A stretch of DNA of 63,128 nt, counting the filler, from Reticulomyxa filosa (Eukaryota > Protista > Foraminifera): the NCBI GenBank assembly GCA_000512085.1. It is 16 parts of 16 records of this genome, joined end to end, with 100 filler letters (N's around TTAATTAATTAA, not from the genome) between each part and the next. Parts side by side here need not be neighbours in the genome. Positions count along the whole stretch, not along the records: positions 37,475 to 39,589 come from ASPP01014154.1; positions 39,690 to 41,765 come from ASPP01021712.1; positions 41,866 to 46,030 come from ASPP01002741.1; positions 46,131 to 47,342 come from ASPP01038847.1; positions 47,443 to 50,937 come from ASPP01008136.1; positions 51,038 to 53,287 come from ASPP01009213.1; 10 more parts are not named here. One strand, written 5' to 3'. Of this stretch, positions 37,519-51,117 are shown one piece after another (the first letter of the stretch is position 1; each line of letters opens with the position of its first letter). The notes under the pieces are model-generated. The model was not told the origin of the DNA, did no database searches, and was given only the letters and a program-made list of their open reading frames with translations. Both the position numbers and the translations under genes were made by a program.

Positions 37519-39821
37519 ATTTGAATGCTATAGAAAATGATAAAAATGTTTGTAATTGACAAAAAACTGTAGAAAAAATGAAATAAATTTCGAAACACTT
37601 GAAGATTCTTAGATATTTTTTTAAAAAAGATTTTGTTGATTTTTGACTTAGAAAATCGATCATTTTCATATGTGCCATTTCAGTGTCAAAACTTTTGTCA
37701 CTGCATGTATATCTATCAAACTGTACTTAATATCTTTTTTTTTCTTTTAGACTTGATTATGAAATTTTTGAAAATTGCTTAAGCTGACCCGTTGATACGA
37801 ATATCAAGCTGATGACAATGTTTGAATAATATTGGAGCAAACTCATCGACGCATAATGTTTGAGATTTTTTCTTAGTCTATTAGTTTTGTGTTAGATATA
37901 AAAAAAGGAGATTTGTCCAATTTGGTGTTATCGTTGTCCTTTTGACAACTTTTATAAATTATTAAGTTTTTTGTTAGGCTGTGCCCCTTTGGTATGATAT
38001 CCTTACACCGCTTTAAAAAAATCTACATTCAAAAGCATTACTCAGATTTAAAGAATATAAATGATGTTCCAGAATAAAGGGAACCAAAGAATAAAATTAA
38101 ATTAAAAAATAAAAACGAAAGAACAGCAAATTGAAAAGGGAAAAAATAGACACAATTTCGGCTCCTCCACAAATACAATAAACAAGAGTTTGCTACAATT
38201 GTACTAACACGCTTATATAAATTGAATGTACTTATTAATTTCTTAATTTTGTTGATTAACAATTATTGAATTATTTTCTATTTGTTTTTTAAGAAGTATA
38301 GGATAATTGTTGCATATATGAAGTTGTTAAGTTCTAATTGAGATCTTGACATAAGACAATAATATTTACATAATACGACCATTTTGGACAAAATGATAAA
38401 AATCAATATCGAACACCTAAAAAAAAAATAAAAAATAAAAAAAATTGTTTAAAAAAAGATTGGCAAATTTCATGACTACGAGAAAAATACTATTGTCAAC
38501 TTTTTTTAAGAAATTTTACCAAATCAAATGAAAGATTAAAATTTTTGAAAAAATTAGAAAGACTTAATAAAAAACCAAAATGATATTTAAAAACTACACG
38601 ATTTGTATATATTTTTTTTAAAAAAATTTTGATTAAATGTTCTATTTATCATTATTGGTTATCTGTTTGAGCAATGGTAATTTATTTTTTGCCAATAGTG
38701 ACGTTTGATTTTATAATAGTTTATAAAAAATATTCAAGCAAAATTTAGTTGACTGTAAATAACATTTAAATTTTTTCATATTAATCTTTTGGTTTTTGAC
38801 AATTTTTTAATCATTATTTAAATTACCATAATATTATTCGGATTAACTTTAATATATAATTTTTATAATACTAAATTATACAACGAAAGTTCAACATATC
38901 AAAAATCGAATGTCTATATATGTAGCATATAATAGTCAATTTTTAAAATTATTTTGGAGTAATTTTTTAACAAACTTTGACCTGTTACTGACAAAACGAT
39001 TTGTGTCTCCCCGAATATCTAAGCACGTTTGACAATTACTTGCTCCAATCACGCGAATGTGCTTATTATAATAATAAGCATCTCCGCATTAAGTATTGTA
39101 TGATGTTACTGTACAATTTGTGACTCAGTATTATGTGAATTTTTAAAGGACGATTATCCTTTTTTCAATTTCAAATCTTTTTTGGTTTGTGTTTTGACAA
39201 AAATAAATAATTTGTTCAAAACAACACGTAACAATAAAACGATGGGTTAAACTTCAAGATTTGTTGAATTTGATGCTATAAAATTTTGATGATAATGAAA
39301 GAAGATATCAAAAAATAACAAAAAACGTCAATAATTTGTTTTGTTTTTTTTGCAGCTGCTGTAATTTTCAAAAAGATAACAAGAAAAACTAAAATCAACT
39401 TTGTGAGGATGGATCTATTGAATGAACACGTGAATGTGCATTTTTGTTTTTTTTTGTCAAAGAAAGTAATGAATTTGTACTTATTCTATTGTCTACACCG
39501 AAACGACCATCAATAAAGAATTGATTTATACATACAAAAGAGGTATCAAGACAGCAGTGTGTATGTAAAACAACAATAAAAAAAAAAAANNNNNNNNNNN
39601 NNNNNNNNNNNNNNNNNNNNNNNNNNNNNNNNNTTAATTAATTAANNNNNNNNNNNNNNNNNNNNNNNNNNNNNNNNNNNNNNNNNNNNCATAACTTGTT
39701 TTTTTTAAGTAACTATTTTTTTTTAAGCTTAACTTCTTTTTTTGCTAGTACACCTTTTTTTTACAAGTAGTAATTTTTTTTTTTTCTGAGTGGTAAATTT
39801 TTTGTTATTGTGAACAAAATA

Positions 39822-40006
39822 GTTTTGTGAAGACTTTGACGGGAAAAACAAGCACGTTGGACGTGGAACCCCCAACACCATCAAAAACCTTCTAAAACAG
39901 CAACGTTTAATCTTTGCATTAAAGTATTTGGAAGACAGCCGCACTCGACAAAAGGAACGCACGTTGCATTTGGTTCTCCGTTTACGAAGTGGAGCAATGC
40001 AAAATG
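39822..40006 (+). pseudogene. Polyubiquitin pseudogene fragment with Rhizaria-type junction
   Basis: FVKTLTGKTSTLDVEP, QQRLIFA, LEDSRT, TLHLVLRLRSG-A-MQ, with internal deletions and frameshifts. Confidence 0.85.
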
Positions 40007-40229
40007 TAAGTAGTTGTTTTTATTTTTTATGCATGAGTTGGTTTTTTTTATACGTAATGTGTGTTTCTTCCGAGATTGCGTTACGTATTGATTTTGCTAA
40101 AGGTGGATCGTAATTGCTTTTTACTTAATTTTAAATTGGTTTTTTTGCCTTTGAAATGGCCCCAATTGAATGCTTTCTTGTATAACGATTTGCACAAACT
40201 TACTGTTCCACAAAAAAAATAAGACCATA

Positions 40230-40570
40230 TCCAAAGTATAAAACTTGGAAAATTTTGCTCTATAATCAACAAGTGCATTCACTTTTGCTTCTCTTGCATT
40301 TCTGAGCACTTCATCAGAAACTAAGTTGGTTAATTGATCTGAGCCTTTCTCCGAATTGATTTCTAATTTCTTGCATCGACCATTTGAAGCACGAGCAATC
40401 TCTTTAAAATTTTGCTTAGCTCGCATATCTACAAAGAAAGCATGCACATTGATTTTTTTTCTTTCAGGTATTACATGTTTAAAAAATTGTGTCTGATGTT
40501 GTTTTTTCATGAAAATCAATCATCTCTATAATGTGCTACTTTAGGTATCAACTTTGTTTTGCATTCTCCT
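40230..40570 (-). pseudogene. Fragment of a VWA-like domain protein C-terminus
   Basis: INVHAFFVDMRAKQNFKEIARASNGRCKKLEINS resembles the last beta-alpha-beta elements of VWA domains. Upstream sequence is degraded. Confidence 0.45.
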
Positions 40571-42751
40571 GTAAAAATAACAGCTAAATTTGACATGTTA
40601 ATTTATCAAAGCTCAAAAAAATAAAAATTAAAAAAATTTAACATCAAATAAAATTACAAAGCTAGAATTTAATTTCACAAAAAGAAAAAAAAATAAATTT
40701 TACTTCTCGTTTTTTTAAAATACAAAATATACAATGCTAGTTCTTTTTTAAAGAGTATCTACGTGACTTGAAGATTCCTAAAAAAGAAACAAAAGATTTA
40801 AATATTTGTTTTTGATAATACAATTTTGATTTATATGTATTATTGCGAAATTTTGAAATCATATTTAAAAAAATGTTTTTGATCAATCTAGGAAAAAGTT
40901 ATTATAAAAACAATTTCATATTTAAAGACTACAATATTTGCCTATATATTTAGAAAAAATTAGTGCTAAATGTTTATTTTTCATTTTTTTCATCTTTTTC
41001 TTCTGTTGATCACAATCATATGATCATTTTTTCTTTTATCACTACTGTTAGTATATTTATAACTTTTTATTAAATTTACAGTTATAATATCAATTTGATT
41101 AACTTTAATAAATATACTTGACTGAATTTACCTTTTTAATTGAATAATCTAATATTCAAATTTCTGAAATGTTGTTCGTCATCATTTACAATCTTTTTGA
41201 TTTCTTTTAAATCAGTCCATTCAAATTATATCTTTGATTTTAGCAATGTCTAATCATTTTTCATTTTAATTTCTTTTTTTTGATAAATTATTTGGTTTTT
41301 TAATCGGACATATTTAATTTAGTTTTCCGTTACTATATATTTTTCTAATGTTGTAAAATGCTTTAATGTGGGCCGCATTTCTACATAACTTGTGTTCTGT
41401 AATATATAATTTAAAATTGTGAAATCGATTGTGTCTATAATTGCCTATTTAAATATCTTTATTCATTCTCATTATCTTTGGATCTCCAATGATAATGATT
41501 TAAGTTGTAAAGGTTATTACATCTTTCTATTTAAAAAATTTGATATTTTTTGATTTTTGAAAATTTTTGAGAAAAGTTGATAATCGTGAATTTATCGTAC
41601 CATGAAATTTGCCAATATTTTTTAAGCATTTTCAAAAAATGTTCCATCATAAATGTTTTGCATCAATATTTTTCAAAAAATAAAAGATTTTGCAATGGAA
41701 ATGAATAACAAAAACTTGTTGAAAAATGGATTAAACAAATATCATCAATAGAGCTAAAAAAAAACNNNNNNNNNNNNNNNNNNNNNNNNNNNNNNNNNNN
41801 NNNNNNNNNTTAATTAATTAANNNNNNNNNNNNNNNNNNNNNNNNNNNNNNNNNNNNNNNNNNNNTCAAGACAAGTTAGACGAATGAATCTAGTTCTTTA
41901 CATGGAAACAACACTAAAAAACAAAAAAATCAGTACGAATACGTTTAAATATACATACAAACTCTTTTTGCAATAGAACATGCGCAAATCAATGCACTTG
42001 CAACATGAACCTCTTTTGTTGTGCAAATAGTGATGGGAAGAATGACGACCAGACAGAAGAAATAACACAACAACTGACATTTGATTTGTTTTTTGTACAT
42101 AAAGCAAACAAAGAAACAGAAATGAGACAACGTTATGTATTCTGTTGTAATAGTTGCATATTGAATAATACTTAATACAAAAAGATCATTCAAACTGACA
42201 TTAACATTTTGAAAAATGCATGGTATCTTTCTTTTTGAATATATTCATAGCATATCAATTTTTTCTGTTGATTTGTAGAATGGCAGATGATATAGCTACG
42301 ATGAAAATATCATTTTTTTTAATGTAATGTCTATATGATATGATTACATTAACAGAAATCACTCAGGAACAGATATTGATGAAAATGATTACAATATTAA
42401 ATGGCAACTAAAATTGCATCGAGATTATAAAACAAAGTGTACTAATGAATGATTGACATTGGCCAAAAGATCAAATCTAACATAATGGATTTTGTAAAAA
42501 TATTTTTTCAGACATGTTTACACTAAAAGAATGTGAATAATTGATTTTTTAAAACGAACGATGTTTAATGCTTTTGACAAGATTTATTCTTACAAAATAG
42601 AAATATTACAAAAATATTTGCTAATTCGCAAACAAGTAGCAAATTTGCTTTGTTTTTTTTAAAAAAAGGTGTAGTCATCGTTTCTTATTATATACAGTAA
42701 TGTGAATTCGAAACAAAATAACTATGAAATTAAAACAAGTGTACAAAATAT

Positions 42752-43432
42752 CTACCCTTCGTTATCATCACTTTCTTCATCGTCTTCCCAAATACCTTTA
42801 ATGGGTTGTTGAACCTGATTTTGAGCTTCAACAGGAGCAGTTTTAGAAGACTTTTCATCTCCGTCTTTGTGTTCACCATCATTGCTATTGTCATCATCAT
42901 CGCCGACATTTGACTCGGTTCTCACATTGCTTCGATAAAGTTGTCTTCGTTTTCTTCCATCGTCACTGTCTTCATCATCCGAAAACCCATACGATGCCAT
43001 CTCTTCCTTTGTCAACTCTGCCTTTTTTTTTTTTTTTTTTGTTGTTAATTTTTCAAAAAAAAAAAGATTGTAACGAGTGAAAGACAGAAAGATAGATAGA
43101 AGAAACAAAAAAAAAGAGAATGATACAATAGCTTCGACAGGAGAAGGAGCCTGATAATTGGAAGCCGCTCCTTTTCTCTCTTCAGTTCCACGTTGTTTCC
43201 CAAACATTGTATTAATAATCTAACTCCCCCCCCACCCCACCCAATGCATACACATACACATTTATATGATTTGTGCAAGATAAAAATCTCTTTCACACAC
43301 GCACACACGTGACATATAAAAACTGAACCAAAAGTACACCCACATAAAAATACGAACGGATTTCATGTCCCGATTGGACAAGGCTTGGTTTTGAGAGTTA
43401 TTTTGAGATGCACGTGCATTCCCATCTGTCTG

Positions 43433-43467
<35 letters not shown>

Positions 43468-43958
43468 TATTGTTGTTATTGTTGGAAGTGCCAATTTGTT
43501 GAATGTGCAAGAGTAGTATGGAGAGATCGAAATCAAGTGGTTTCATTTGAATATTGATATCGTACATATCGGGCACTCGTGCAAGTGCCTCTTTCACAGT
43601 CTTTACCACTTCATTTCCTTCCTTTTCTTTGCACAATTCCATTGTCTATTTTATTATTATTATTATTATTATTTAAAACATCCATTTGATTAGCTTTATT
43701 TAAACAAGTAAAATAATATAAAGGATAAGATGACCTTGGACAAGGCGTCAATAGTACTTTGTGTCAATGCTGTTTGCCGATGAATCTCATCGAGTTTTTG
43801 CTGATACACGACGCCGACATCTTGCTTTAGACTCGACTGTCTGTGTTTCAACGCTTCATACAACTCTTCAAATTTGTCGTCGATTGCCTTTGTCTTCTCT
43901 TTATATGCTTCTGTCCACTCTGTTTGTTTATTTTGCACATATTTTGTCATCCCAGTTT

Positions 43959-44007
<49 letters not shown>

Positions 44008-44637
44008 GAAACTGGCTTCCAATCCAACAAAATTACCAAGTTCTTGATTACACTCGAATATGTATTCTTTGAGCTCTTCAACAGCGGCGTTTGGATTGGA
44101 CGAGGCTTTGTCAGAGAGGTGGTCGCTATGTTGTGGTGTCGCCTTCGCAAGTGTTGTGACTGACGGCTTGGGCTGGATTTCAATTCTGGACGATGGTTGC
44201 AACGCATTGGCATTGTTGTTTGTACTCACTTTCGGCTGCGTTGTTGTTGTTGCGTCATTCGAAAGTGGCACACGTGACATTCGATTCGCCACGGATATTC
44301 GCTCATCTTTTTCTCCTTCTTTTTCTTTGTCTGGTTTGTTGGCTGAAGAAGAAGAAGAAGAAGAAGAGGAGGTGCTGAGACCTTGTGATGGAGCAAGTGT
44401 CTTCTTCTCTTCGCTTTTTTGTTCTTTATGCTCGGTCTCATTGCTGGACAATTGCTTCGTTTGGACTGCTGAAACTTGCAATGTTTGTGGACTCGCTGCT
44501 GTTGGTAAGGAGTCCTTCGTGCCTAATGTCTTCAGCTCATTGTGCTGTCCTTGTGTATGACCGCAATCACATTTTGTCACTTGCCAACGAGAGGACATAA
44601 ACTGCTTGCAGGTACACTTTGGAACACGACAAGCCAT
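42752..44637 (-). CDS. Protein with N-terminal Cys/His zinc-binding motif, low-complexity linker and BBC-like coiled coil (multi-exon)
   Basis: MACRVPKCTCKQFMSSRWQVTKCDCGHTQGQH; KAIDDKFEELYEALKHRQSSLKQDV coiled coil; acidic tail GIWEDDEESDDNEG. Confidence 0.6.
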
Positions 44638-44863
44638 TATACTTTTATAGTTTTTTTTTTAGGCACATATCTTCACTCCCAAAACCAATTTTTAGACGAA
44701 ACTACTTACAAATTTTTTCATTTGGAACAGAAAACTTTTTAAAAACACTAAAACAAGGAAATATCTAAAAAATAAAATTTGAATTCTTGAAATGAAACAT
44801 TTTAAAACTAGAAAAAAAAAAGCAGATGTGACTTACCCCTTTTGCGAAGAAAGAGCATAACCA

Positions 44864-46030
44864 ATGGCAGTGGTGAAAGAAGGTTGGATAGAGAAATGTG
44901 GGCCAGTATGGAGTCCTACATGGCACAAAAGGTTTGTTTTTCTCCATTGAGACAATATCATTTTTTGCCCTTTTTTTTTTTGAGCAAAAATCCCGCGATT
45001 CTATGAAGTACCTTTTTGGAACTTCTTCCTTTTTTTTTTTTAATGTGTATGTTAGATGGTTAGTGTTATATGAAACCCGTGTGATGGAGTATTTTTCCAG
45101 TGAAACCAAAAAAGACCTGAAAGGGATGATCGAATTGATAGGAGCAGAAGCGGTGAAGCCAAGCGAGGCAGATCCTGGAAAGCTCTTTAAATACGGGTAA
45201 GCAGTTTGAGCAACAGACAACAGCGTCCTCACACACACACACATACACACATATACATGTACATATATAAGCCAAACGGAACAACAAATGACATTAGGTT
45301 TTCCCTAACGACAAAGGGACGCGCATATCGGTTCGCAGCAGACACGGAGACAGACCGAGCAGAATGGTGTGAGAAGCTACAAAAGGCAATTGCAGGAACA
45401 CTGCCAAAAAGGAGAAAAACCACCAAAGTGTTACCAAATCATCAACGATCCACCACCTTTGGAAGTAAGCCACAATTGTTACAAGACAATTCTTTAAACA
45501 GGGTGCAATCGCTCAACGCTGAATCAAGTTACATATATGCATATATGCATATATGTATATATGTATATATATATATATGTATATATATAATAAAATGAGC
45601 GTAGTTCTGGATACGGAAGAGGTGAAAGAAAAAGACGACGAGAAGGAGAAAGACAAGGACAGAGAAAAGGAGAAAGTAGTGGAACAGATACGGGAGCGCT
45701 CGGCGTTGGAAAAGGTGGGACCAGCGGTTTGGCCGGGGATAATGTCGTATTTGACGACATTGGAAGTCGCGACGCTGTTCATCACGAGCAAGTTCATGCG
45801 CGATGAATGTCTCAAGTCGCTGAGCACGGAAGCCTTCTTCCAATTCTACACCTTCAAAATCTTCCCTTTGAAAACCTTGCGAAGGTACTCGGCCACCAGG
45901 CAGCCTAGATTCCCTTGGATCTTTGCCCACGATTACAAGCAAATCTGGGTTTTTGGAAATTGTCCCGAGGTTTGTACTTTGAATACACATGCATATATAC
46001 ATATATATATATGTATATATATATATATAT
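44864..46030 (+). CDS. PH-domain protein with a downstream F-box-like motif (3' end in gap)
   Basis: MAVVKEGWIEKCGPVWSPTWHKR|WLVLYETRVMEYF...LKGMIEL...FSLTTKGRAYRFAADTETDRAEWCEKL (PH). VGPAVWPGIMSYLTTLEVATLFITSKFMR is F-box-like. Confidence 0.8.
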
Positions 46031-47477
46031 NNNNNNNNNNNNNNNNNNNNNNNNNNNNNNNNNNNNNNNNNNNNTTAATTAATTAANNNNNNNNNNNNNN
46101 NNNNNNNNNNNNNNNNNNNNNNNNNNNNNNTGATGCACTCCTGGACAACTCATTCTTATTCTTCAATCCAAGGAACTTAATCACCGATTTTGCTGACTTG
46201 AGTTCTTTGAACTTGATTGGAGTAACGACAATCGTTGGTGTATTTGTACACATAAATTGTCGTCGAACTTTTATGTTTTTCTTCCACACGTTTTCAATTG
46301 TAATTTCACCACTTTTCTTTCTTCGTTTTATTGCATACTTGAAAAACTGGATATTGATTGATTCTTTGATTTCTTTGCAATGTCATCCGTTAATCCACTA
46401 TCTGGCTTCTTTCGTTTTGTGACCGTTCGTCTGCCATTTGTGTCGACGTATCATTGCTCGACATTATTTTGGAGTATCGTTGTTTGTTTTTGCCTTCACA
46501 AACCTTGTTATAATTGGTTTTGCTCGAAGTTTAGTAGAAGTTATCCGACCCTCGAAGTCCAAACAGAAAATGCCAAATATTTACCTCGATATTGCCAATT
46601 TCTCAAAGGCTTCTAACACTTTTAATGCAAGCAAGGTTCGACCTTCTCCCGCAAGCCTCCCGTTTCCAGTAAAAGGGTTACTATCCAGTTACCATTAGTT
46701 TGCACATCGGGAAGTTTTAAAAGCACAATTATACACAAAAAGTCTTGCTGAACGAAAAGACGTTAGAATATTTGGTTCGATTTTCAAAATTTTCAAAACT
46801 TAATAGATGCCAAAGTATACAACTTTTTTGAAAAGTTAATATTAATGATGAATGATATAAATATTAATTTATTTTTTTTAATCGCACTGGCTTTATATTA
46901 TCAATGTCTTCTTCATGTCCAATCCCCTTCACAAATACTTTTTTCATCTTGTATTTGCTATCTGATACACGACAAATTATATGTTTATCGGATCCTGCAT
47001 TAATATTTTGTACAATGCCTTGTACTATTTCTGTTAAGGCACAAGACCAACTTGTTAACCTTTGTGATTTGGATGTATGCATCATTTTCAATAATTGTTC
47101 ATATGTTTTTCCAATATTTTTTTGAAGATCTCGTGACAATTTAATTGTAGTCTTTTGATTTACAACAATGTTCGATCGCTTTGTAAATGTGAATACCACT
47201 GTTGGAAGCTTTTCCAGCTGACACTTTTTGTTTTGCTTGGTTGGTTCAGTTGTCATTTTAAGATATCTTAATCTTGGCGTCTCGATATTGAATTTGATCT
47301 TTTTGAGGTAATGACGTATCTTGAAGTTTTACACCTGCTCTANNNNNNNNNNNNNNNNNNNNNNNNNNNNNNNNNNNNNNNNNNNNTTAATTAATTAANN
47401 NNNNNNNNNNNNNNNNNNNNNNNNNNNNNNNNNNNNNNNNNNAACATTTTGTGGGGGGGGGGGAAAATACTTTATGG

Positions 47478-48176
47478 TAGATTCAAGGGTATTGCCAGAG
47501 CAGAAGGATACCCTTGAAAAATACGGAGTCACTACGTCACAAGAATACGTCCTCTCCACAAATGTACAAACACATGCGGTCCGTGAACTCAATGGTGACG
47601 GCTCTGTCTTTCAATAAACATGTTCCAAACAATTTGCTCGCGTTCTCTTTGTTGAACAAAAATATCGTCGAAATATGGGACTTGGAAAAACAAACTACTG
47701 CACACTACTTTGAAGGCACATTCAAAACCATTCGCGACATCACTTGGTTCTCACACGGTGATGTGCTGAGTGTGTGCTCGGAGGACCATTGTGTGTATTT
47801 GTTGGACGGTCGCTCCAATGGAAAATGTTTAATGGTGCAACTATGTGGACATGACAGTGGAGTCACATCCAGTGATTTTTTAAATAATCGCTATTTGTGC
47901 TCTGCGTCTCAAGACGAAACTATCAAGATTTGGGATTTGAGCTATGCCAATAAACCATTGTACAGCATTGGCAGTGGAAAACTTCGCAGTAAAAAAGGAG
48001 AAAAACACAACGCCAATGACGGAGAAACAGAAAAACCAACAACCACTGTCACAGAGCCAGCACTGGAAAAAATCCATGAAGATGAAATATGGAAAATTCG
48101 AGCCAACTCAAAAAAAAATGCCTTCGCCACAATTGGAGACGATGGAAAGTTGTGCATCTATCCGGTGTACACTTGA
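47478..48176 (+). CDS. WD40 protein, WDR61/Ski8-like (3' part)
   Basis: VEIWDL...FEGTFKTIRDITW...CSEDHCVYLLD...LCGHDSGV...SASQDETIKIWDL...HEDEIWKI...TIGDDGKLCIY. Confidence 0.65.
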
Positions 48177-48419
48177 GTTATTGTAACAACAGACAAATGA
48201 GATCCAATCTCCCTTCTCCCTTCATTTGCTTATTTTCTTAAAATTTTCAATCAAATTTAATCTATAGCTTGATCTAAAAAAATTATTCTCATTTAAACAT
48301 TTTGAGTTCCGAATTTCTTGAGCAGAAAAAAAAAATATGAAAAGGTCCACACTTCACAGATCATTGTCATTTGTTTATAACAAAAGGCAAATGAATCTTA
48401 AAAAAAAAGCCAGTGTTAT

Positions 48420-50900
48420 TTATCTATTTGTTCCTTGTGAATTGGCTTTTCTTTGCCAGATTTTTGCGCTGCAATGCGTGCACTTCTTCGTATGCCTTGT
48501 AACGACGAGCGGACTTTTGTCAAATCTTTTTCGTTCTTTGTCGCTGCTGTGGTTGATGGATCCAGTATCTGTTGTTTCTGAAGTTGTTTCTGGTTTTTCG
48601 TTCGAGACGGGTGTTCCTTGTTGCACTGAAGTCCGTTTTAATATCTGCTGTTTCCTCAGTAAAGTATCACTTTTGCGTTTGTCTTCAATGGTTTTGTGTC
48701 TTCGTCTATTTCTTGTAATGGCCGTCGATTTTTCAACATTTTCTTCACTTGCAATATATTTAGTTGCATTTCCCAGAGCCATCGTGTCGTATGGTACAGA
48801 CTCTTTTTTTCCATTGTTTTGAGTGTGTCGTCGTATGCGTTTATTTGGCTGAGACATTGAAACGGGTGTGTCTTTGGTTGATCGATCTTGAAAAGGCAAC
48901 TTTATTTCAATTGCCTTCGTATCTGGTAGTGATTCGTCGATTACTGTTGCTTGCAATATCTCATCGTTGAGTCGTCGTCGTTTTGTGACAAATGTAACCT
49001 TGCTTGAGTCCCTTACAATATTACTTCTTTTGAGGGCTGGCCTCCTTCTTTTCACAGCGTTTTTAATTTGAGAATTTTGGGACTGTTGTGGCGTCTGTTC
49101 ATTTGGAGATATTGTTTGGGGAGTTTGTTGAGACTCGGGATCACTTGTTGTGTTCATATGCAATTGTTCAGTTTGCGGAGCAACTTTTTGCAATGACACA
49201 TTTTTAACGGGTGTGATTTCTTCACTTTTTCTGTGCGACTCAGTGTCTGTTAAGACATTTTCATTTTTGCCTCTCTTGTTGTCGGCCAAGTCTGTTTCTT
49301 TTTCATCTTGATTTCGATTTGTTTGGGCTCTCTTCGAAAACTCATTGACCGATGTTTGCTCTTGGCATTTTGTCTCTTTGCAAGGGTCTATTTTGGCGGT
49401 CGTTTGATTATCTTTGGCTAATTCGGGTCCTACAGAAATCAATGCATAGCCTTGCCCAGATTTCTTATGAAGTCGAATTCTTGTGGAAAAAGCAGACACG
49501 TCACTCTGTTGTTTGTTTGATTATTGTTACATTCTTTACATGTTGAGGACATATTCTTATTTTCTATTTATAAAGCAAACCTTTGAGATATTGCGTAGAC
49601 CCAACGGATCATCTGTTTCACTCCTGATCGGTTTGTCGATATATGTGTTCATCGTCAATGACAATTCAGCTCTACTTTTCATTTCATTCAATATCACTCC
49701 ATTGTTTTTCGTATCGTCGTCGTCCAAATTGATTGCGATCTTGAGTCCTTTTGATGCTTTATCCGCACTTTGCAGATGAGCTTTCTCTTGACGTGGCTTT
49801 GTCGCGGGTGCCTTTGTGGGATCACACCTATCGGCTGTTTCGCCTTGTATGACACGCTTGTCGATATCAACTCCAGCCGTCATACCGGGACAGACGGGTG
49901 GGGCAGACAAGCTCAGTGCCCTTCTTTGCATTCGATACTTTATGATTTGGTCGTTGTTGTTACTGCCCAATTGCTTGTACAGGTAGTTGCGTTTGTTAAC
50001 CCGATGAAAGTGCTGCATCGCATCATCGATCTTGTCCCAAGCATGATTACGAGTTGGCGTGCCTAGAACGGAGCAGCAATACCTTTGATTTGGATCGGCC
50101 ATTTTTCCCATTTCATGGCTATCACTCTCTTCCTCATCTAACGTCAAGTTTTGGGAATACTGGTTTTTTTGTGTTGAAGCATTAACTCCAACGACACTGT
50201 TCTCTTCTTCTTCTTCTTCTTCTTCTTCTGTTTCTTCTTCGTTTTCTTTGTAGCTCTTACCAAAGCTAGTTACAGTGAACGTTTGCATCCCCTCTTTGAT
50301 ACAAAGACCTGCTTTTTTCCCGACATTGGCGAACATGCCCGTGTACGGGAATATTTTGTGATACAATGTGTTGGTATGCACACTCAGCCCAGTGTGATTT
50401 TGAGTGGAAAACGTGTGAGGGTTTGCTTTATTGTTGTCGTTATGAATATGTTTATGCATAACAAGGCTGTCACTATTGACAGACAGAGTAGCATTTTCAA
50501 ACACAGGTTGTTTCGGCTGTTTGTCAGTTTGCTTTGTTTGGGGGTTGTGTGCCAATAGCCGTTCTTTGATGCATCGGACCGTCCGTTCGTAGTTTGTCTC
50601 TTGCAAGCTCAGCTGCGTGCATTCGACCGCCTGATACCTCGACACCTTGTCCAGCAAATCCTGTGTCAAGTACTCGCCCCTCATCATATCAGCTGGCGCT
50701 TCCCCACCATCATCACCGATCGAGTCCCGTACATTACCATGTGTCGAGTAAAGAGTCATCGGGTCAAAATCGCGTTCCAGTCGCGTCATCGTCTTTTCAA
50801 TTTCCTCTTTTTTCAATAGCTCCTCGATCACAGCAGTATAGAACGCACGTTGACTTTTCGGGACATTTTGATTTGTTCCAAGTGACATGTCTGGCAAAGA
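48420..50900 (-). CDS. Large low-complexity or disordered protein of unknown function (at least 2 exons, partial)
   Basis: Long ORFs 49557-50897 and 48420-49499 separated by a short intron-like stretch. Basic NLS-like clusters; no recognisable domain. Confidence 0.6.
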
Positions 50901-51039
50901 GTTATCACTTCTTTTTCTTCTTCTTTCTCTTTCTCTTNNNNNNNNNNNNNNNNNNNNNNNNNNNNNNNNNNNNNNNNNNNNTTAATTAATTAANNNNNNN
51001 NNNNNNNNNNNNNNNNNNNNNNNNNNNNNNNNNNNNNAT

Positions 51040-51117
51040 GTTTGTTTTTCATTAAGAAAATCTATCATCTTCATAAAGTGGTATTTTTGGTGTTAAGTTT
51101 TTTTGCAACATACTGTA
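51040..51117 (-). mobile_element. Tc1-like terminal region copy
   Basis: About 78 bp colinear with 301-378 (ttt.tttttcat..agaaaat...tcttcata.agtg...ttttttgcaa.atactg|ta). Abuts a spacer. Confidence 0.65.

Noticed and set aside
46131-47342. Coding-like minus-strand sequence with stops, possibly transposon-derived
   Set aside because: No diagnostic transposase or RT motif could be identified by eye.
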